From Akkermansia muciniphila ATCC BAA-835 (GTDB lineage: Bacteria > Verrucomicrobiota > Verrucomicrobiia > Verrucomicrobiales > Akkermansiaceae): DNA of 32,000 nt. Below the pieces are notes generated by a model. It ran no database searches and was not told where the DNA came from. It saw only the letters and a list, made by a program, of their open reading frames with translations. A program made the position numbers and the translations under genes. Positions 18,224 to 27,171 of this stretch are shown in pieces. The DNA lies in NCBI RefSeq assembly GCF_000020225.1, contig NC_010655.1:900001-932000 (forward strand), in the 5' to 3' direction. Every line of letters begins with the position of its first letter. The stretch's first letter is position 1.

Positions 18224-18739
18224 TTATTTCGATTCCCATGCCCGGCTGAATTCCTCGTCCCGGAACAGGGAGGCAATCCCGCTGAGCTGCTTGAGGCGCA
18301 ACAATTCTTCCGCATCCATCCCCAGATTTTTGAGTATCCACGCATCCGACATGCCTGCCTCCGTCAACTCCTGGATAATATTGGTCATGAGGGCGATATT
18401 ATGAGATCCCCGGGCACGGTTGTGCCTGATGGTGGAAGCCATGCGGTTTCCAAGAGGCTTGTCGATTACGGCCACCGGCATCATGCCACCCTCCCGTTCG
18501 TAAATATCGCGGTAAGTCTTCATGATCTGGCAGCGGTGGAACCCGTCCACGATTTCATAGGTCCCGTCCTCCAGCTTATAACAAACGATAGGCATCGTAT
18601 AACCGTCCTCCTTGATGCTCTGGTAGAGCAGCTTCATTTCGGGGGGAGCTACGCTGTTCGGGTTATAGGCATTGGAACGTATCTGGTCCAGGGGAACGCG
18701 CCGGATTTTGTAAACGGGGGATTGATAGGAGGTTTTCAT
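18224..18739 (-). CDS. ParB/sulfiredoxin N-terminal-domain protein, IbrB-like
   Basis: 171 aa. The ParB/Srx catalytic-loop motif is EIVDGFHRCQ (DGxHR). The downstream STIRHNRARGSH block is characteristic of IbrB-type ParB-like proteins. The start ATG overlaps the upstream stop as ATGA (18739-18736). Confidence 0.85.
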   Translation of the reverse strand: MKTSYQSPVYKIRRVPLDQIRSNAYNPNSVAPPEMKLLYQSIKEDGYTMPIVCYKLEDGTYEIVDGFHRCQIMKTYRDIYEREGGMMPVAVIDKPLGNRMASTIRHNRARGSHNIALMTNIIQELTEAGMSDAWILKNLGMDAEELLRLKQLSGIASLFRDEEFSRAWESK

Positions 18740-20031
18740 AAAATATTGCGGTATTTATTGACGGCGGCCCGGCGCCGGGCAATCGCTCCCTTGGTTGGAC
18801 CGAACCCGGCGTACTTGCAAAAGTAATCATTCTTCATGATGCAGATGCACATGCGCTTGTAGGAAGGCACCTGCCGGAAATTGCTGACCGGCATGTCGTC
18901 GGGATAGCCCATAAACTGAATGACGTCGCGGTCGACGTAACGGCCCGACTTTCCCGTCACGGTCGCCAGAGGATAGGCGGCCAGCACTTCATCGGCAGTT
19001 CCGGGATCGACGGTACCCCCTTTCATCCAGTACTTTTTAGACCTCTCCAAAATGTTGTTGTAGTGTTCCGCCGTTTTCTCGTTCATTGTGGAAAGCAGGA
19101 ATTCATAATAGGACTTCCAGGTATGGCCGGGCGGCAGTTTGATGGTTTTCCAGCCCATGGCCGTCGTACCTCCGTACAAACCTGTGAAGTTGACGCCGTT
19201 GACGCGCCCGACCATGCGCGCCCAGTTGGCAGGATCAATAACTTTGTAAAGCTTCAGGCTTTCCTGGGCGCAGTCATTAAACGGGCTTGCCACCCGCATT
19301 TGCCCGATCGTAAGGCCTGCCTGGTACAGGAGATCGTAAAGGCGGTTATAGTCAAAACCAAAACGGGCGTTGGCCGTCCAGACGTCACTGACGCGCCAGT
19401 CATAAAGAGGGTAGGCGCTGACGGTCACGGCATCAGCCCGTGTAATCCACTTCCTTCCCTCATAAGACGTCCTTTTATTGCCGCGGGCAACGGCGGCGTA
19501 TCTGTTGAGGCTTTCATCCGCCCGCAGCCCTACCATGACGGCAGTACTTCCGTGTTTTTTGGCAAAATGGCGTGAAAGCTTATCCTGGAATTCATAGTCC
19601 ACCATACCGTGCCGGAACGGGACGTCCAGATTCTTTTCGTTGATTACATAGGGATTTTCCGGCATGGGTCGCACCCACAGTTTTTTCTGGGCGGCGCTCC
19701 ACGGCGTCCAGTAAGGTTCCCCCAGGGAGCATGCGGACTGGGCCCTGATCGGTACACAGTACCACATCTTACGAATGCCGGGGAATTGCTCCAGAAATGT
19801 TCTGGTGACATACTCGGTCGTCATCTGATATTGGGCCTCATAATCAAGGTGATACATGGACAGCTTATCCAGAAGGCCCTGTTCGGCGGCGTAACGATAG
19901 CAGAGATTAAGCATGACGCCGCTGTCCTTGCCGCCCGAAAAAGACACCAGGACATTGTCAAACTCTTGGAAACAATAGGCTATGCGTTCTAAAGCCGCCT
20001 CATAAACATTTTTATCCAGATATGTTTTCAC
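18736..20031 (-). CDS. PP-loop ATP pyrophosphatase of the PAPS-reductase family with a long C-terminal extension (IbrA/DUF3440-like)
   Basis: The PP-loop VLVSFSGGKDSGVMLNL lies about 30 aa from the proposed GTG start at 20031 (VKTYLDKNVYEAALERIAYCFQEF..). About 250 aa lie C-terminal to the PAPS-reductase core. The track ORF extends to the GTG at 20139, but that extension is R/G-rich (MVSGKMHGFRRSYPGRRVPVRQGAGGGWRK). The other frame there encodes a more protein-like 69-aa ORF, and its TGA overlaps this GTG as GTGA. Confidence 0.8.
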   Translation of the reverse strand: MKTYLDKNVYEAALERIAYCFQEFDNVLVSFSGGKDSGVMLNLCYRYAAEQGLLDKLSMYHLDYEAQYQMTTEYVTRTFLEQFPGIRKMWYCVPIRAQSACSLGEPYWTPWSAAQKKLWVRPMPENPYVINEKNLDVPFRHGMVDYEFQDKLSRHFAKKHGSTAVMVGLRADESLNRYAAVARGNKRTSYEGRKWITRADAVTVSAYPLYDWRVSDVWTANARFGFDYNRLYDLLYQAGLTIGQMRVASPFNDCAQESLKLYKVIDPANWARMVGRVNGVNFTGLYGGTTAMGWKTIKLPPGHTWKSYYEFLLSTMNEKTAEHYNNILERSKKYWMKGGTVDPGTADEVLAAYPLATVTGKSGRYVDRDVIQFMGYPDDMPVSNFRQVPSYKRMCICIMKNDYFCKYAGFGPTKGAIARRRAAVNKYRNIL

Positions 20032-20237
20032 AACTTTTCCAAAGCCTGTCTTTCGCCATCCGCCGCCAGCCCCCTGCCGGACGGGAACACGTCGGCCCGG
20101 ATATGATCGCCGGAAGCCATGCATTTTCCCTGAAACCACTCTTGCAGCTTGCAGCTCATAGGGATATCCCCTGTTCTTTCAAACAGGGTTGCAACGCCTT
20201 CATTTCTGCATAAATAAGCAACATCATGTTTTTTCAT
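20028..20237 (-). CDS. Small (69 aa) hypothetical protein; first gene of the IbrAB-like cassette
   Basis: The ATG is at 20237. The protein is MKKHDVAYLCRNEGVATLFERTGDIPMSCKLQEWFQGKCMASGDHIRADVFPSGRGLAADGERQALEKL. Its stop TGA overlaps the GTG at 20031 (GTGA). I recognise no domain. Confidence 0.45.
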   Translation of the reverse strand: MKKHDVAYLCRNEGVATLFERTGDIPMSCKLQEWFQGKCMASGDHIRADVFPSGRGLAADGERQALEKL

Positions 20238-20877
20238 GTTTTCAAATGCGCAGCAGCTTATCGTCCGTTATTTTCCGTCAACAATACCAACCTACTGAAT
20301 TATTGCGGCGGGTCAATGTTTTTACTGCAATTATTTCAGTAATTTTATTGTCATCACCCTCCTTCTCAAAATACCTGCGCTTTTTAGCGAGCAACACCAT
20401 TCCAGAAATGCCTTATGCATTGCGCCATGACCTCCTTTCCTTCTCCGCAACATCTGCGCTATGTGCAGCATTCAAGACGCTGCGTTGGAATGCACGGTTT
20501 CAAAATCGGAGACACAAAAATCATAACTTGCTTAAAATTAGGTGAACGAAAAAATGTACGACTCAGAGCCATTTTCCGGTTCCAACATCTTTCCCCCAAT
20601 ACTCTTTCCGGAACCGCATCTTCCAGGCAGACGATACATCCATCATTTCCCTCCTGAAGGAAAAATAACCGTGTTTCCCTTTTTGCAATCCGGGATGCTG
20701 TCCAAACATGAATATGCCGGTACACGCCTTAATCATGCCGTCAGATTAGACTTTAGGCGTTTTATGATTTTCCCCGAAACGCCAATTTCATGCCAGAACG
20801 GAATCAAAAAATGACATTTAGTCAGCACTTATGGTTGTTTTTCCGCGGTTTTTCACCTTTCCAGCCTCAAAACAGAC

Positions 20878-20916
20878 AAAAAAGAAGCCCTGTAATCCAT
20901 TAAAATTACAGGGCTT
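20878..20916 (-). terminator. Intrinsic terminator immediately downstream of tRNA-Asn
   Basis: The minus strand reads AAGCCCTGTAAT-TTTAATGG-ATTACAGGGCTT (perfect 12-bp stem, 20916-20905 with 20896-20885), followed by CTTTTTTG. Confidence 0.8.
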
Positions 20917-20926
20917 AGAAAATTAG

Positions 20927-21001
20927 TGGCTCCCCCGGTTGGGCTCGAACCAACGACCTAGTGATTAACAGTCACCCGCTCTACCGCTGAGCTACAGGGG
21001 A
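20927..21001 (-). tRNA. tRNA-Asn (anticodon GTT), CCA encoded
   Basis: The reverse complement is TCCCCTGTAGCTCAGCGGTAGAGCGGGTGACTGTTAATCACTAGGTCGTTGGTTCGAGCCCAACCGGGGGAGCCA. It has acceptor TCCCCTG/CGGGGGA, anticodon loop CT-GTT-AA and T-arm GTTGG-TTCGAGC-CCAAC. Confidence 0.93.
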
Positions 21002-21140
21002 GTTTGCATTCCATGGAACGCGGAGGGGTTTTTACTGGAGGTACGGGCGTTTGGCAAGTACTTTTTTACTCTTGCAGGCTTTTTGACGCAAAAAGGCTTC
21101 CGCGGCGCGGTCATGGCAACGGTGTTTTCTTGACCTTTGA

Positions 21141-22277
<1,137 letters not shown>

Positions 22278-22409
22278 ACAGGGCCGTTCTTCCGGCGCCG
22301 CAGGGGAAGGGACACCTGCGGCACGCCTTTCCTCCGGGGGGAGCGGTACCGCCTCCCCTCCGCTTTCCTCTTTCATTTCCGGGATTTTCCGGTTCTTTAT
22401 CCATCTATC

Positions 22410-23450
22410 ATGAACATCCTTATCATCGGCCAGGGAATTGCCGGAAGTTGTCTGGCGTGGGAATTGAAACGCCGCGGCGCGGAGTTTACGGTTGCAGACC
22501 GCCCCGTAGCGGAAACGGCCTCCCGGGTGGCGGCCGGATTGGTAAACCCCCTGACGGGCCGCGCCTTCCGCCCCGGATGGAGGCAGGAAGAATGCCTGGC
22601 GGCGGCAGAGGCCTTTTACCCGGAGACGGAACGGGAATTAGGCGGGTCCTGGTGGCAGAAAACTCCGATTTTCCGGGAAGTGGAGACGGAAGACCAGTTT
22701 GAAATCTGGCAGGAACGCCAGACGGCTCCGGAATCCTGCGCCTATGCCGGACCTCTTTTTCCATGGCCGGAACACTGGGAAGGCCGCGGGAAAGCCGCCT
22801 ATACGCGAGGTTCCGCCGTGCTGCACGTGGAAAACATGGTCACTGCTATGCGGCGTTTTTTTATGGAACAGGGCCGTTTTGTGGAAGCGGATGTATCCCC
22901 CACAGATATCCGGCCGGATGCAAACGGTCTTTTCCATTGGAACGGTCGCACGTTTTCCCACATAGTCTGGTGTACCGGCTGGGAAGCCGGGCTTCATCCG
23001 GACATGTCTCCGCTGAAGGGGCGCCCCTCCAAAGGAACCATTCTGGACTTGGACTTGAAAGAGCTGGACTGGCATGCCGGCATCCTGCATTTCGGACACT
23101 GGCTGGTTCATAACGGTTCTTTCTGGCGCTTCGGGGCCACCTACGCGTGGGCGTGGGATGCTCCCGGCATTCCGGAAGCCCCCGCCGTCCAGGAATTGAT
23201 GCTGGACCTTGTTAAACGCTATTCCGGGAACATGGACGTCATCCGCGCCCGTGCCGCCGTCCGCCCCATCATCCGCCGCAGCCAACCGGTCGCCGGTCCC
23301 ATTCCCGGGCTGGACGGTCAGTTCGTCTTCTCCGGGCTGGGCAGCAAGGGGGTGACCACTTCCCCCTGGTCCGCCGCCCAGCTTGCCGGACATCTCGTGT
23401 GCGGAACGGATCTGCCGCCGGATCTGCTACCTGCCGCGCTCTGGAAATGA
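22410..23450 (+). CDS. FAD-dependent oxidoreductase (DAO family)
   Basis: 346 aa. The N-terminal dinucleotide-binding motif is MNILIIGQGIAGSCLAWELKRRGAEFTVADR (GxGxxG). Length and C-terminal GLGSKG fit the DAO/glycine-oxidase-like fold. The substrate cannot be assigned. Confidence 0.75.
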   Translation: MNILIIGQGIAGSCLAWELKRRGAEFTVADRPVAETASRVAAGLVNPLTGRAFRPGWRQEECLAAAEAFYPETERELGGSWWQKTPIFREVETEDQFEIWQERQTAPESCAYAGPLFPWPEHWEGRGKAAYTRGSAVLHVENMVTAMRRFFMEQGRFVEADVSPTDIRPDANGLFHWNGRTFSHIVWCTGWEAGLHPDMSPLKGRPSKGTILDLDLKELDWHAGILHFGHWLVHNGSFWRFGATYAWAWDAPGIPEAPAVQELMLDLVKRYSGNMDVIRARAAVRPIIRRSQPVAGPIPGLDGQFVFSGLGSKGVTTSPWSAAQLAGHLVCGTDLPPDLLPAALWK

Positions 23451-23522
23451 TACGGAACATCAGCTGTCCTTCCTTGAACGGAACAGCTATTTTCCTTGTC
23501 AAAAGGTTCTGAACGCGATTAC

Positions 23523-24410
23523 ATGCGGCCTAATATGCGAGCGGAGAACGAGAACTGGGGAGATACGGTACGGAATCATCTGTTTGACCAGCGCAGCGCC
23601 GTCATGGTGCACTGGCTGATTCTGCTCAATGTAGTCATCTTTATCCTGGGATTCTTCTTCCAAGTGGACATCCCAAGGAATATTTACCCGCCTGTCCATT
23701 TGGACTTGATCCAGCTTTACGGAGCTTACAGCGAATATACGTGCTTTCACGAGGGGGAATTATGGCGGTTGCTTACCTATCAGTTTCTTCACGCCAATCT
23801 GGGGCACATCATGTTCAACATGATTGCCCTGTGGTTTTTCGGCCCGGTTGTAGAAGAACGTTTCGGCCATTGGCGCTTCCTGCTGTATTACCTGTTTTGC
23901 GGCGTGGCTGCAGCCCTGTTTTCCTCCCTGCTGGGGTACATGGGATTTTTTGATCCGGAATGGCGCTTCATTCCCATGGTGGGGGCCTCAGGTTCCATTT
24001 ACGGCATCATGGCCGCATGCGCGGTGCTCTTTCCCCATGCCCGGGTACAGCTTCTGTTTCCTCCGGTTAATTTGAGCGTGCGCCAGTTTGCCCTGGCCGT
24101 TCTCGGAGTCGCCGCAGCCGTCATTATCTTCCAATGGAACAATGCGGGCGGGGAAGCCGGCCATCTGGGCGGCATGTTCGCCGGATTTATTCTGACATTG
24201 CTGATTTTATGGAAGGAAAAGATGTCTTCCCCAAGACGGAAAGCCGCCTCTTCTTCCCACTATTCCCCTGAGCCTTCCAGCCGCCGCCCGGCACAGGCTT
24301 ACCCCTCTGAAAAGGAGGTGGATGAAATCATGGAAAAAATATCCAGGTCCGGCCTGTCCAGCCTGACGGAGGAGGAACGGGAAATTCTCCGGCGCGCTTC
24401 CCGGCGCTGA
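23523..24410 (+). CDS. Rhomboid-family intramembrane serine protease
   Basis: The track ORF starts at the TTG at 23496; I prefer the ATG at 23523. EGELWRLLTYQFLHANLGHIMFNM (rhomboid HxxxxHxxxN region) and the active-site GASGSIYG are present. Multiple TM helices and a charged C-terminal tail follow. Confidence 0.88.
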   Translation: MRPNMRAENENWGDTVRNHLFDQRSAVMVHWLILLNVVIFILGFFFQVDIPRNIYPPVHLDLIQLYGAYSEYTCFHEGELWRLLTYQFLHANLGHIMFNMIALWFFGPVVEERFGHWRFLLYYLFCGVAAALFSSLLGYMGFFDPEWRFIPMVGASGSIYGIMAACAVLFPHARVQLLFPPVNLSVRQFALAVLGVAAAVIIFQWNNAGGEAGHLGGMFAGFILTLLILWKEKMSSPRRKAASSSHYSPEPSSRRPAQAYPSEKEVDEIMEKISRSGLSSLTEEEREILRRASRR

Positions 24411-24483
24411 ACTATTTGTTAGATATTTTTATATTTTTCGTTATTTTCCTTCCTTTTTGCCATCCATTTCCTAGCATGGATGA

Positions 24484-26019
24484 ATGATGACGCGACTGTA
24501 TTCCTCCACCGTCCTGGGCGTAGATGGCGTAGAAGTGGAGGTGGAAGTGGATTTCCGCCCCATGGCGGAAAAACGCACCTTTATTGTCGGCCTTCCGGAT
24601 GCGGCCGTGAAAGAAAGCGGGCAGCGCGTGGACACGGCCATACAAAACAGCGGCCTTCCCTTTCAGCAGGGTATCTTCGTCGTTAATCTGGCTCCGGCGG
24701 ATTTAAGGAAGCAGGGCCCCGGATTCGACCTTCCCATCGCCCTGGGAATGGTTGCGGGAGCGGCTGAAAAGGAGATGGACGCTTCTGCCTGGTGCATTGT
24801 GGGAGAACTGGCCCTGGACGGAACCGTACGCCCCGTGCAAGGCATTCTGCCGCAAATCATGGAAGCGCGGCGCATGGGCAGGAAGCGCATCATGCTGCCG
24901 CAAGCCAATGCCTATGAAGGGACGCCCGTACAGGGTGTGGAAATTTACCCCGTTTCTTCCCTGAGAGAAGCCTGGCATTTGCTTACTTCCGACGCCCTGC
25001 CGCCTCCATTTACAGGTTTAGGGCGAGAGGCCCATGCTCCACGGGACAAAGACGCCGCTGTGGATTTTGACGAAATCAAGGGGCAGCCTTATGCACGCCG
25101 CGCCATGGAGATTGCAGCGGCAGGAGGCCATAATATCCTGCTTTGCGGCTCTCCGGGGTCCGGCAAATCCATGCTGGCGCAAAGGCTCCCGACCATTCTT
25201 CCGCCTCTGAGTCCGGAAGAAGCGCTGGAGACCAGTAAAATCCACTCCGTATGCGGTCTGCTGAAACGGGGGAACGGCCTGGTGGACCAGCGTCCGTTCC
25301 GGGCTCCCCACCACACCATTTCCGATGCCGGGCTGATGGGGGGAGGTGCGAATATCACGCCGGGAGAAGTATCCCTTGCTCACAACGGCGTCCTCTTTCT
25401 GGATGAATTGCCGGAATTCCGCCGTGCCGCTCTGGAAACCCTGCGGCAGCCGCTGGAAACCGGCCAGGTAGTTATTTCCCGCGCTTCCGGCACCATGACA
25501 TTTCCGTGCCGTTTCATGTTGGCAGCCGCCATGAATCCGTGTCCCTGCGGTTATCTGGGAGACAGAAGAAGAGCCTGCACCTGCCCCCCGGCGCAGATCG
25601 CACGCTACCGCCGCAAAATTTCAGGCCCGCTGCTGGACCGGTTTGACCTGCTGATGGAAGTTCCCGCCGTGGATCCCTCCATTCTGGCTTCCGCGCCTGC
25701 CGGAGAATGTTCCGCCAGTATCCGGGAACGCGTGGCGGCCGCACGGCGGCTCCAGTCCAGCAGATACGCAGGAACGCCTTTCCGCAATAATGCGGCCCTT
25801 TCCGGAAAAGCGCTCCAGAAGTATTGCCGTCTGCTGCCGGAAGGGAGGGCTATCCTGCTCCGCGCCGTGGAAGAACTGGCCCTTTCCGCCAGAGCCTATG
25901 ACCGCATTTTAAAGGTGGCCCGAACCATAGCGGATTTGGAAGGAACTTCTGATATTCAGGATGTCCATTTGTATGAAGCCGTGCAGTACCGCGCTTTCGA
26001 GCAATCACTGAGGGATTAG
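24484..26019 (+). CDS. comM: YifB/ComM-family Mg-chelatase-like AAA+ ATPase
   Basis: 511 aa. It has MMTRLYSSTVLGVDGVEVEVEVD (the typical ComM N-terminus), a Lon-protease-like N-domain, Walker A LLCGSPGSGKSMLA, GVLFLDELPEF (Walker B) and a C-terminal Mg_chelatase_C-like region. Confidence 0.92.
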   Translation: MMTRLYSSTVLGVDGVEVEVEVDFRPMAEKRTFIVGLPDAAVKESGQRVDTAIQNSGLPFQQGIFVVNLAPADLRKQGPGFDLPIALGMVAGAAEKEMDASAWCIVGELALDGTVRPVQGILPQIMEARRMGRKRIMLPQANAYEGTPVQGVEIYPVSSLREAWHLLTSDALPPPFTGLGREAHAPRDKDAAVDFDEIKGQPYARRAMEIAAAGGHNILLCGSPGSGKSMLAQRLPTILPPLSPEEALETSKIHSVCGLLKRGNGLVDQRPFRAPHHTISDAGLMGGGANITPGEVSLAHNGVLFLDELPEFRRAALETLRQPLETGQVVISRASGTMTFPCRFMLAAAMNPCPCGYLGDRRRACTCPPAQIARYRRKISGPLLDRFDLLMEVPAVDPSILASAPAGECSASIRERVAAARRLQSSRYAGTPFRNNAALSGKALQKYCRLLPEGRAILLRAVEELALSARAYDRILKVARTIADLEGTSDIQDVHLYEAVQYRAFEQSLRD

Positions 26020-26083
26020 CACTATGAATCTCTCTCCTTTCGCAACTACCCCAAAAACAAAGACATATTCCCGTTCCGAAAAT

Positions 26084-26111
26084 AAAAAAGAGGCAGCTTT
26101 TCAGCTGCCTC
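26084..26111 (-). terminator. Intrinsic terminator downstream of the PEP-CTERM protein gene (the hairpin also lies 3' of comM)
   Basis: GAGGCAGCT-TTTC-AGCTGCCTC forms a perfect 9-bp stem (26090-26098 with 26103-26111). On the minus strand it is followed by TTTTTTATTTTCGG. Confidence 0.8.
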
Positions 26112-26131
26112 CCGAATAACGAGGATATTTA

Positions 26132-26839
26132 CTATGAACGTCTGCGGCGCAACAGCATAGCTCCCAGGCCCAACAGGCCCAAAGACGCTGCGGCAGGCTC
26201 GGGAACCGTTTCATAGGAAACCTGTATACCTGTAATTGTATAAGCGGAAGTAGCGCCTCCAGCACCACCGCGTACTCCGGCAACTACCTTATACCCTTCC
26301 TCCCAGGTAAGGGGAGCCGCCGACATATCCAGGGAAATTGTCGTTGTTTCCGATGTAGAGGTAAATGAAAAATCCTGTATCTTGGAAAGTTCCTCAACCA
26401 GAGTGCCGGTTGAATCATATACGGCAAGTACCATGGAATAACTGCTGATTACAGAAGAAGGAGTATTGCAGGAAAACGTAATGGAAGAAACGGAATCCCC
26501 CTCCTGCGGCCCTCCAAGAACCATGGCAAAGGAAGACCCCGCTACTCCGGAGCGACCGCATAATGTAATGGAGCCTACATCATCCTGGTTAACCCAGGTG
26601 CCTTCGCCGTTTACCGTCCAATTCCCAACACTGTTGTTATTGCCGCCGGCATATATTCCATTTTGCAGGCCTTTTACTTTGTCCAGAAGCTGTTGCCCCG
26701 ATGTTCTCGCCATAGTGGCGGTCTGTGATACGCTTTGCGATTCAGGAAGCTCAGCAACAATCGTAGCCGCCTGGGCGGACATCATACATACGCAACTGGC
26801 TAACAAAACATAATGATAAACTCTCATAACGCTTTGCAT
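26132..26839 (-). CDS. PEP-CTERM sorting-domain secreted protein
   Basis: 235 aa with N-terminal signal (MRVYHYVLLASCVCMMSAQA). The C-terminal VPEPAAASLGLLGLGAMLLRRRRS has the PEP motif, a TM helix and an Arg cluster. Confidence 0.85.
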   Translation of the reverse strand: MQSVMRVYHYVLLASCVCMMSAQAATIVAELPESQSVSQTATMARTSGQQLLDKVKGLQNGIYAGGNNNSVGNWTVNGEGTWVNQDDVGSITLCGRSGVAGSSFAMVLGGPQEGDSVSSITFSCNTPSSVISSYSMVLAVYDSTGTLVEELSKIQDFSFTSTSETTTISLDMSAAPLTWEEGYKVVAGVRGGAGGATSAYTITGIQVSYETVPEPAAASLGLLGLGAMLLRRRRS

Positions 26840-27120
26840 TGATTAGAGGATTGTTAATCCGCTCTTTTTCTTTCCGTAACATCATGGGGAAAACGCTGGA
26901 CCTATTTTTTTCATGAATGGTTTACGATAACGTTCGATTCATAATAATGAATGATTTATGAAATAACATGCAGCTGTTAGAATGGAAGAGGCGCAAGAAT
27001 TAGTCTCTATAAAGCCCTTGCATCAAAAAAGAAGTCCACTGCCGGAATACCGCTCTTTCAACTTTTTATGTTGACAACGGATTAACAATCCGCTGTCCCC
27101 TTTATCCAATCCTTAATGAT

Positions 27121-27158
27121 AAAGAAAAAGCCGCCTCAGCAAAGTGAGGCGGCTTTTT
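27121..27158 (-). terminator. Intrinsic terminator downstream of metY
   Basis: GCCGCCTCA-GCAAAG-TGAGGCGGC forms a 9-bp stem (27130-27138 with 27145-27153) flanked by A/T runs. On the minus strand it is followed by TTTTTCTTTATC. It starts about 14 nt past the metY stop. Confidence 0.8.
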
Positions 27159-27171
27159 CCAAGAAGACTTT

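Noticed and set aside
20189-20814. Short overlapping ORFs in the AT-rich spacer (118, 80, 88 and 90 aa)
   Set aside because: They overlap one another in different frames. They have Phe/Ile/Ser/Arg-rich composition expected from AT-rich non-coding DNA. None has a recognisable motif or a coupled start.
20927-21001. tRNA-Asn as the attachment site of an integrase-type genomic island or prophage
   Set aside because: No integrase, excisionase or phage structural gene lies within the window. By eye, no second copy of the tRNA 3' half is present between 17.0 and 20.9 kb. I kept only the weaker claim of a low-GC islet (see findings).
22336-22375. Possible leuB terminator hairpin GGGGAGCGG-TA-CCGC(C)TCCCC
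   Set aside because: The stem is real but carries a bulge. It is followed by a pyrimidine-rich stretch (TCCGCTTTCCTCTTTCATTT) rather than a clean U-tract, so the support is too weak to list as a feature.
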